Shown piece after piece: positions 54,299 to 64,000 of a DNA stretch of 64,000 bases. The position numbers and the translations under genes are program-made. Below the pieces are notes generated by a model, which saw only the letters and a list, made by a program, of their open reading frames with translations, did no database searches and had not been told where the DNA came from. How positions within the stretch are numbered: position 1 is the first letter of the stretch; the number at the start of each line of letters is the position of its first letter. Location of the stretch: the NCBI RefSeq assembly GCF_000150275.1, contig NW_002060948.1:2927183-2991182 (forward strand). The letters run 5' to 3'. The DNA comes from Trichoplax adhaerens. Taxonomy: Eukaryota > Animalia > Placozoa.

Positions 54299-55303
54299 TC
54301 ATAACCAATTAGATGTCGACAACCAGAATATGATCGGATTAATAATGCAATTTGCTTGAAATATGAATATTAGAGTAGAAGTAACGTCAAAAACTAATTT
54401 AACTTTTAATATTCCATTGTAATACGTAAAGGCTGCTACTCCTACCCCAATTGCAGGAAACCAAACCAAAAAATTAGTTAGGCTGATGAAAATAGCTAAC
54501 CGAATTAATTTCCTTTGGATAGGACTTGGATAATAAAAGCGAACCTCACTATTTCTTCGATATTGTATAAGCTTATAAATAATTAAAATATACATGGATA
54601 CTATGTACAGGTATAAGATGAAGGCTACAATTGCTATAGTAAATACATGAATACGGATAAAATAGATGCCAATATTATCATAAGTACACAAATTGTAGAA
54701 ATGAAATCGCATATCGAAGGATTGATTTTCGGTTATATATGCATAGATACTAAACATAATAGTTATACTAGCACTGGTAAACCATCCAATAATGACTAAC
54801 ATAACTGTTCGTTTCGGTGTAAATCGCTTGTTAGAATGTGGATAAGCAACATTCAGATATCGATCTGTAGCTATTAATGTGGTTACAAAAATGGATTGCA
54901 GACTGGCTAATATGTTACAACATCGTGCAAGATAGCATACCGGGCTACGCTGCCAGTAGACATGGACATAACTGGAATTATAATATATTGATTCATTTGA
55001 CCAAGCAGAATATACCACGTTTCGATGATATAATTCTGCTACTCCAATAGTGATGAGATAGATGGCTCCTAAAAGGTCGGAAATGGCTAAATTGAGTAGT
55101 AGAATTTTAAATGTTCGACTTTTAAATATCATTGCCAGTCTCGACGATTGACTAGATATGGATCTTGCGAATATTCTGCGATTTACTTTCTGATTGTGTA
55201 TCGCAATAGCGAAAATAATACTGATATTGCCTATAATACCACCTAAACCAACCACCCAAGATGTACTGATGGCTACATAATTATTGTATAAAAGCGATGC
55301 CAT
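54299..55303 (-). CDS. Intronless LGR-like 7TM GPCR (334 aa)
   Basis: MASLLYNNY, NLAISD, WQRSPVC, TDRY, FYNLC, TNFLVWFP, NCIINPIIF. Confidence 0.95.
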   Translation of the reverse strand: MASLLYNNYVAISTSWVVGLGGIIGNISIIFAIAIHNQKVNRRIFARSISSQSSRLAMIFKSRTFKILLLNLAISDLLGAIYLITIGVAELYHRNVVYSAWSNESIYYNSSYVHVYWQRSPVCYLARCCNILASLQSIFVTTLIATDRYLNVAYPHSNKRFTPKRTVMLVIIGWFTSASITIMFSIYAYITENQSFDMRFHFYNLCTYDNIGIYFIRIHVFTIAIVAFILYLYIVSMYILIIYKLIQYRRNSEVRFYYPSPIQRKLIRLAIFISLTNFLVWFPAIGVGVAAFTYYNGILKVKLVFDVTSTLIFIFQANCIINPIIFWLSTSNWL

Positions 55304-56987
55304 AACCTTAAAAAATTATATCAGTTGATAGGTATGAAAATAAAATAATTGGATTTTGAAGTTCTCTCGACGGTAGTCGCAATATTGACCTAAGCAAATT
55401 CACCATTAATAAATATCGTAGGTGCTTTATCAACCAGATGAAGAATAATTCTAAGCCACTAGCTGCAGTGCAGAATGAAATTTGTTGTTGAATGTCATTT
55501 GAATATAGAATTATTCTTCGTATATATGAATGATTTATAGCTGCAAATTGTGGCTCATTATGTAAATCACCGAACTAATCTTTTCTATTTATTTAATATT
55601 TATGGATCCAAAATAAAGGAAACAATGGATAAATTAAAAACTAAGTACTTATGTCTTTTTGAGCTATTATTAACATCGGCATTAGCATTAAGAAACCGCA
55701 TTTACTAACAATTCCTCGAAATATTTTTTAAACTAAATTAATTAATTAAGTTTTATAAAGTAAACGAATAAATATTTCCTAATTTCTATCAAACTTTAAA
55801 ATCTTAATTCATAAACAAAAAACAATAATTACTGCAATGACAGCAATTAAATATACTCTTATTATATCCTTCATTATTGTTTAAGTATATTCATAAATAG
55901 TTAACAACAGTATGAATGACTTCTCTATGAACGAATTGCAGTTATATTTAGTCCTTAATTTATTAATAAAGCCTTCGTAAATCAGTAGGTAGCATGTGGC
56001 AGTTTCTAAAGGTTGCTTTCTAATAATAATCGATTATGGAAGCTTCATGAAATGAAAATAATCTCAACATGGTTATCTATTTATATCATATCATACTATA
56101 AGGCCAAATGGCTTCCTTCTAGTTAATTACCAAATTCTATACTATATTGCCTTACATTTGCGCTTTCAATTTTAAGCTAAACTTATATTACGGATGCACA
56201 TTTTTTATGCAGATAAATGCAAATGTATCAGTAAGGAAATAGCGAAACCTAATTTCTACTTGCATTTATTTCCGAGATTTTGCCTTTGATGCCGTTCAAA
56301 ATGATCGACAGACTTGTTGGCAAGTTGCTATTCTATTCAATATTTCTTATCGTACGTTTAATCGAGTTTATCGCCTACGAGGCCGTTAAATTTAAGAGCA
56401 TTCAAAATCAAAAGCAATTTACTTGTCAGTTTCGTAAAAAAATAATAAACATCTTCCACATGATATTGACTGACTCTAAATAATTTTTTCGATCTCCATT
56501 CTGATTTTTATCCAAGAATTAAAATATAGTAACTTAATAATTCATTAGAAGGAGTTACCATATGAATACTATAGTCTCATTAATCTCAACTTCATATGGC
56601 CCCAATCCGATTTACTGGTTCGAAATTAAAAGATATTGTCCCGTATGTAAATAAGATTATCTAAAATTAATTTTGTGTATATAGTACAATATTTAATAGC
56701 TCTGGTATCGTAAAGTTCCGTCCTTCGGGTAAAATAGTAAGTAAAGAAAGATTACGTCTATGACTAATACCGTTAGTATCAGTAGGTATGGTTTCGGTAT
56801 TATTACAAGTTTTAGTATATTCTAAAGTTAGATAAAATTGTACAAGTTGGCAATGAAATATACATGTTGTCAATAAATTTTTTTTATTTGGACTTACGCC
56901 CAAATATCGTAATAGACATTACCTGCAGCAGCATATTTTATCATCAATATTTTAAGTATTAGTGTGTAATGATTTTAGCTAATTCCA

Positions 56988-57495
56988 GTAGTGCAGTAGG
57001 GTGGCTATTAGGATGAGACGGCACACTTGTACTGTTTCTAGTACAAGCATGAGATCTCCGCTTAAGGCCGTATCTGATAGCTAAATATTATAGGATTATG
57101 CAAACTGTCTTCCATATAAAAGTTAAAGTATAATTATCCGGTTTATCTTAGCCAGGTATTAAATCGAGCTTTTACAGGGGTGAATTAGTATGTCTACTAT
57201 AGAATGGAAGTATTGTATTTATTAGTATAGTTCGCATAGGAGTAATTTGCGTGCAAATTTGTCTAAGCGATACTATTCAGTTCATCTTTAGTTGTTTTCG
57301 ACTGCTCTGATGAGAGAAGAAATTGGAAATCTTCTGCGACAGACAGCCGTATCAATAAACGTTATTTTCAAGGCAATTATTTCGGTATTGACCTTCGTGC
57401 ATCACATTAGGAAATTACTCAATTTTCGTAAGCTCAAATTTTGGTACGTAAGCGAACCAACAGTAATAGCAGGAGGCGATTACTGGGTCATTACA
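56988..57495 (+). mobile_element. Solo LTR family D
   Basis: Aligns with 22305-22810 (CAGTAGGGTGGCTA...GGTCATTACA). Confidence 0.85.
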
Positions 57496-58415
57496 TACTG
57501 TTATATTATTTCTTTCGCCTTTACTAAGGGTTAAATTTCGGTGTTCGATACCATACATCAGCAACATTATAGCTCATAAATGCATAATTATTTTCTTCTT
57601 AATTGCTAATATAATTTCAACGATTGAATACCTATTGCAATTGAAATAGATAACTAAAAAGTTCAATACTACAATTTGGTATAAGTTCTATGATTAAAAC
57701 TTAGTAACTTAAACTTCTTAACGGCAAGCACTTAGTTTCTATCTACGGTAAATTTGGCTAGAAATATTGCTTTAAACAAAGTATTAATATGCTTTGTAAC
57801 ATTTAAACGGTAATTAACTCGATGCACGAAAACAAATTTTTAATAATCTCGATCACCAACTCTCTATCTTATATAGTAATTCTTATTATGGCGGTGTATG
57901 TATAAATCGATGAAATAGCGAAAGTTTCTCTCGAATGTAAAACTTTTATGGCTTAAATTATTGATTGAAATTAATAAACATAGTAGTGAAATATAATTAT
58001 TCCCCAATTCTATTCAGATACCTCTTCATATAGTATTAGCAGATTACCAAAACATCTCANNNNNNNNNNNNNNNNNNNNNNNNNNNNNNNNNNNNNNNNN
58101 NNNNNNNNNNNNNNNNNNNNNNNNNNNNNNNNNNNNNNNNNNNNNNNNNNNNNNNNNNNNNNNNNNNNNNNNNNNNNNNNNNNNNNNNNNNNNNNNNNNN
58201 NNNNNNNNNNNNNNNNNNNNNNNNNNNNNNNNNNNNNNNNNNNNNNNNNNNNNNNNNNNNNNNNNNNNNNNNNNNNNNNNNNNNNNNNNNNNNNNNNNNN
58301 NNNNNNNNNNNNNNNNNNNNNNTTCCAATAAGTAAATGAGTCATTAATAGTTCTCTAGATACTCTTAACATTGAAAAAATAATAACATCAAATACGTTCA
58401 TAATATGAAAACGTG

Positions 58416-58831
58416 TGTTACGATGCGTAAGCTCGTCCTAATTATTGAGTAATATTAAATATTGTTTATAACTTTAAAAGGATAGTTTTATTTTATGTGT
58501 ACCAGGAGTTTCTGACAAGACTATAAAAGGCTGGTGCCTGAAGATTCCTTGTTAGTTAGTTAGTCGGTTGGATAGTCAACTAGTTTTTCAATTGATATTT
58601 AATTGTAAAGACTATAATCTTGGGTGCCGAGATTTCTTCAGTATTAAATGATAGTAAATCTCTGACTTTCTCGTCTACACTATCTGTGACGCTATAATTA
58701 TACCACAGTATTCGGTCTTTGGAACTGAATTATTTGGTGATATAGCTAATCTCGCCTCTTTAAGTTAGTAAGTGGCGTTCTCCGCAAGGATTGGCGTGTG
58801 TAGACTACTTTGTCACTAGTGGTGTGTGACA
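58416..58831 (+). mobile_element. Solo LTR family B (416 bp)
   Basis: TGTTAC...GTGACA ends; TSD ACGTG/ACATG; CTATAAAAGG; aligns with 9055-9407. Confidence 0.88.
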
Positions 58832-59954
58832 ACATGATATTACTAGCTTAAAGAACAATTGATAATCAATGATGACTGAAGATAGTGAATAACGGTAAAT
58901 GTTTGTAGATGATATTACTTCGAAATAATTTAAAATGTAGATAATAGTCTTTAGAAATTATACAGTCATCGATGATGAAAATAGAAATTTGAATATTGCT
59001 TTACAATCGAAATAAAATTAGCGACTAATTTTGTTATGCTACAAGTTATTATTACTTTTATAATAAGGGTATATCGTTGACAAAGTTATTAAAACCGAAA
59101 ATTTATTATAAGCCAATTCCAGTCCTTTCCTAATCATTAATTTTTTAAAGGCAACTCTGCAGTCTTTGCTTTTCCCTATGTATTATTACTTCGCTGGAAT
59201 ACTTGACATAACAAGACAATAATCGCTTTCTCTCTCCAAATTCTTAAATTCGAGTTATATAAAGGTAGTCACAGATTCAAAAGATAATACGAATGTATGA
59301 GCCATACAAACTGAAATTACTTTCTAGTCAAGAGTTTTGATAAAAGAAATTAAAAAATCAATAACCAAATATATAAGAATATCGTTTCACATAGCATGAT
59401 TCGCTAAACTGAAAGCACTACACTGAAACTATATCATGCCTAAAAAGTTTAGCTATTAAAACGTACCATAATACAGCAATATTTGATACAAATCCTTCCC
59501 AAAATCAACTTGATCTTCTCCTAAAATGACTAGATGGTATACTTTGCAATAATTTTATTTACTTAAGATTTGATTTTAATAATGCAATTACAGGCTTTAA
59601 AAATGGAAGCTACCTGAGTTTATTGTAGATAGTAACTCATGCAAACGAATTTACCAATTTCTTTAGCAGAAAACTTTCAATCCATAATAAGCCCAATTCA
59701 ATAGTTTTCTTACCAGTAGACGCATAAATAAACTAATAAAGCCATCGCCTAATTTGATAGAGTACGAACATCAACTAATAAGTATCTGCACTTGTAGATA
59801 TCATTGGAAAGAATAGTATTAAGATAGCTTCGTACCCCTTGAAAATTACCTGAACAGATCTATGCTGGTAATTAGTTATTTGAAATGAAATGATACAACT
59901 GCTACGCGATAATGTTTATAGTTACGAAGATAAATATCAAAATTCTTATTACAG

Positions 59955-60000
59955 TGTATATGAACGCGACCGTAGGCGAAATCGGTCCCGTTCATATACA
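59955..60000. repeat. 18-bp-stem inverted repeat with a 10-nt loop
   Basis: TGTATATGAACGCGACCG-TAGGCGAAAT-CGGTCCCGTTCATATACA; 17 of 18 pairs match. Confidence 0.85.
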
Positions 60001-60373
60001 GCGTTACAGTACTTTTATTTTACAGATACTTACGATCTCCTTAATTGTAACTTCAGCTGATGGCCGTTCTTGCAGTATTAGAAATTCTTAATTTAGGAAA
60101 AGTTTAATCAAGAAATGGTAGCTCCAAAGAACATAGTTTAATCAGCGTATTAATCGCCGTGATAACATTAAATCTGGAACTATAACTTCTAAGTTTAAAT
60201 AAAATTTTCTATCGCGATAACTCTGTACATAAAAATTTTTCAAATGATATTAAAGGCAGATTAGTTTAACAATAAGACCTAGAATTTAAAAGGATTTAGG
60301 CTGCATTTAAAATTGGTATGAATGTAGTATCTTTTACGCGTTTAATTAATACATGCATACATAGTATGCCTAC

Positions 60374-60836
60374 TGTGATGGAGGGTTTGATATCTCAGAG
60401 GATTGAGATTTAGTCGCCATTTACAATTACTACAACAAAGGGTTTATAAAAGTTATGCTTTATTGTAGGTTAGTAATGTGAAGTACAGCGAGGCAGTTAC
60501 GGTAGATCAGCGTGCAAGCTGTCGTGAGTAACGAGTAGAAGTATCAGACTGTGAGAGACTAACTAGAAGACTAACTGAGAGGCTAACGAACTCTGAGATA
60601 GAAATCACCGGTATTTATAGTTTTAAAGATAGAGCACATGCAGAGAATAGGATTGTGGAATTAGATACGACATATACCATAACAGGTTACAAAATAGCAG
60701 ATGGTTGTAGAAAACAACGAGTACCGTAATAACTATATACAGTAGTCTATATATGAATGTAGAGTAAGCGGACTGTAGATCTGTCTAAATATAAGAGCAA
60801 TACAGCATGTTATATTAAGAGTAGAATATAGTTACA
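60374..60836 (-). mobile_element. Solo LTR family C
   Basis: Minus strand TGTAAC...CATCACA; homolog of 20313-20735; flanks CCTAC/GTATA do not match. Confidence 0.85.
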
Positions 60837-60847
60837 GTATATTCTAA

Positions 60848-61866
60848 ATACACTACACCTACATAATATACTTCGCCATTGGAGTGTCTTGAATACTAAG
60901 TTTAAGTGGTATTTTGGGAAATTTATATGTCGTTTTCTTTATCGTATCCTACTTTAACAAATCTAAAAGGATGCTCATATTCAAAAAGCAGTCAAGTTCT
61001 AAATTAAAGATAAACTCAATCATTAGGAATCGACAATTTATTGTTCTCCTATTAAACTTAGCTTGTTCTGATATTTTAGGAGCGACATACTTTCTAATTA
61101 TCGCTTACGCTGATTTACATTATCGGATTGAACCATCTGCTCATAATAACGCTACAATTCGAAATGGTAATAATACATTTACCTTTTGGCTGTGTAGCCC
61201 ATTCTGCTATATCACCAGAGGTTGCAATATAATTGCTACATTTCAATCAATCTATCTTATAATACTCATTGCTATAGATAGATATCTTAAAATAACTCAT
61301 CCTTTTTCGGCTAAAGCAATACTGACAATAAAACGCCTTTCAATACTAATCGTCAAAGGCTAGTTCATTACATTTCTTATAGCTGGCGTATTTAACCTTT
61401 ATGCGTATTTACTATTCCAAGATATTTGACATCTTACTCATATTATTATAACTTATGTGGTTACGATAGTATTGGCACTTATTTATGTTCGTTTAAGCCT
61501 GTTTATCATGTCATTTAGCAGCTCCCCATTTTATCTAGCTATTCTAGTTATTTATACATTAAACTTTCATAAATTACAACGGATTCGAATGAACCTAATT
61601 ATAAACAGAAGAAGCAACTTTATTGAAAGGAAGGTACTAAAATTCGCTATCTTTATTAGATTACGTAATTTTCTTATCTGGTTTCCAGCTATTTCTGCAG
61701 CTATCACCACTTTCATTTACTACGAAAGTGCTTTAAGTGAATCAACCTTTTGCATATTTGCCACAACGTTATTTTTAAAGCAAATCCTGCAATTAATCCC
61801 CTTATATTTTTAATTATGATATCAGGCTGGTTTATTCTCGTTCCAAGGCTGTTTATTGGCGGATAG
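60848..61866 (+). pseudogene. Inverted cluster GPCR pseudogene (54299 subfamily)
   Basis: YFAIGVS*ILSLSGILGN; NLACSDILGATYFLIIAYAD; WLCSPFC; IDRY; TM4 Trp codon is TAG; NFLIWFP; ANPAINPLIF; ATG lost. Confidence 0.9.
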
Positions 61867-64000
61867 TATAGGATTTTTAATGGATATTAGGTAACTTTGT
61901 GCTGGTATAATGATAGTTTGCACCTGCTTTGATAATTAACACTTCAGTAAACCTATTTTTAAATTACACCTATTTATTTTCTACTTTATATATTTAGTTT
62001 GAATGTTAAATTTTACGGTTACGACGGCCACAGTTCTACGTTTTTCGTAAACTATCTAATACAATTCTTACTTTCTGAAATGATAGAGCGTCACTCTAAG
62101 CTTCGTAAACTGTGTGAACTTTTAATCTTATACTATTTATATTATTGTCTTATTTGTTGCTTGATCACTACTTTTCTCTCCACTTGATTTATTTACTAGC
62201 TAATTTTCATATTAATATATTTACTTATAACAATTTAAAAGAGTCTTTACTACACGGTCTCTTTGTACCTTTGCTATTTTTCTTATGCTGTTTGTATACT
62301 AGATTATGTCAACATAATAAAGTATAAATGGAAATATAAGTGTTATGGTAGTGGTAGTAGTAGCTGTGGTAGTAGTATCTAGAGATGATATATTTAACAA
62401 TGTATGGTATTACATCCATGTGGCTATATCGATGTACTATGTTTGGGCGGCTATTCTTACAAAACCTTTATCATGCACTTATGATAGCCTCATTTCCATT
62501 GAAATTGTCGTAGCTGCCTTCATCAAAAAATTATTCATTTCCAATTCTACTATTTACTATATCCGCATAATATTGTAAATCTAGTGCACGAAAGGTTTCT
62601 ATCCAAAATCACATTTCAAAGCAGATCTATGTATGCGAGGTTTATTCTATTTTTGGAATCTACACAAATGAGATAGAATATCGAGAATTATAAAACAAAC
62701 GGCAGAATCAGTAATACGAAGCACTGTAAAATATATAATGTGCCTTTAAAGCAGGGAGTAGCAATGAATAACTAAACAAGTTACGCGCTAACTTTTATAG
62801 TTTCGCTAATTTATGTTTACATGTAAACTACAATAACTATTAATATAATTACGCGTAGGTTTAATAATCTTTGAATTCTACTCCAAAATAACTTTCGTGA
62901 AGATATCGTAAATGATAATAAAGTATACTATACATCATATTCAAGTTCTTACACTATAACTTCACAACATCCTTAAAGATATAAAAATTAGTCTGGTAAT
63001 TTCTGAAGTTAAGATTTGTTTATGCTGAGGCAGAGTGCAAATTGCTACTAAGATAAAATGAAAGTATATTCATTTCTCTGTTATTGACATAATACAGTAT
63101 TTACTAAAATCTTAGATAGCTACAAAGAAACTTTAATTTTTTTGCTGAGTTTAATTTAGTAAAACTCTGAATGATATAAGCGTAAGCGAAATCATTAAAG
63201 TATTCATTATGGATCGAGCATAGTCATATCATCTACACGATATAATATTAATACACTTTACATTGGACGATCTGAAAAGAATATTAAATTTTAATTACCG
63301 TGTCTAAGATAGGTATTGGAATGGTCTTCCGTAAACAGCTATTATGGTGCATATACAAAAGTATTCCTCCCTCTATTCTTAAGATTTAAGCAATGTATAA
63401 TCCTAGAGACAATTTCCAATATGGCTTATCTATCTCCTCACTAATTTACCTTTAGAAAAAAAATGTGTAACTTGTATTTCATACTGCTATGATGTGATAT
63501 TTATTGCTGATGCAATGACTAACGTTAGTATTAATTATTAAGATTTAGACGTAGTTCTTTATACAGTGTACTTGTCTTAAATTATTAATTTTTACTTGAA
63601 TATAACTCCATCAAATCAACGGTATTTAAGACAGTACAAACTACGATTAGAGGGAGAGAGCTAGGAAGATCGTAAAGTTATTGATGAAATTCGATTTTAG
63701 ATTTGATCTTTTTGCTCGTTGGTAGTACATCAGTTTTGGTTTAATTTATGTTTAATTGCTCGACAGCAACTTTTAGTTTTTCCTAACTAAACAATTTGGA
63801 TTTATTGACGGATCTACAAGACTAATCATTATTAATTACTGTATCTCGATACTTATTGCTTAAAAGGGTGGCAAGAATAAAGCTTGCATACGCATAGATT
63901 ACAATTGTTTCGCAAAACATTGTGATAATAATATTTTATTTCATAACGAAATAGAAAGTAGCAAAAAGGAATGGGATGAATATTTTAGCAATAATTTGTG

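Noticed and set aside
57292-57534. 80-aa ORF
   Set aside because: Inside a family D LTR, non-ATG start, not open in the other copies.
58044-58401. ORFs made mostly of X
   Set aside because: Artefacts of the N gap.
62345-62578. Hydrophobic 77-aa ORF starting with poly-Val
   Set aside because: Poly-Val comes from a GTA/GTG microsatellite; no GPCR or other motif is recognisable.
1-64000. Prokaryotic features (CRISPR arrays, operons) and rRNA/tRNA genes
   Set aside because: No regularly spaced repeats or structural RNA signatures; low coding density and GPCR content indicate animal DNA.

Overview
AT-rich (roughly 30% GC by eye) eukaryotic draft-assembly DNA with three N gaps (1280-1329, 32850-32899, 58060-58322). 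The window is a tandem cluster of about 16 paralogous, single-coding-exon rhodopsin-class GPCR loci. Six are intact (334-348 aa), one is broken by a single -1 frameshift, and about nine are pseudogenes; all but the last lie on the minus strand. Their 7TM motifs (TM2 NLAxxDxxGxxYLxIIAxxD, ECL1 WxxxPxC, TM6 TNFxxWFP, TM7 QxNxxINPxIF) resemble the 7TM domain of LGR/GRL101/RXFP-type receptors. However, every copy starts at a conserved MASILxxN directly before TM1, so there is no LRR ectodomain. They also share a long basic ICL1, a long N-glycosylated ECL1, NPxxF in place of NPxxY, and a very short C-tail. This looks like a birth-and-death, chemoreceptor-like expansion; an early-branching animal such as a placozoan is my inference only. 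The spacers hold many solo LTRs (TG...CA ends, 4-5 bp TSDs, TATA/AATAAA) from at least six families. Some are nested and some sit inside receptor coding sequence. There is also a degenerate Gypsy-like pol remnant and a Helitron-like 3' end. No rRNA, tRNA or CRISPR features were seen.
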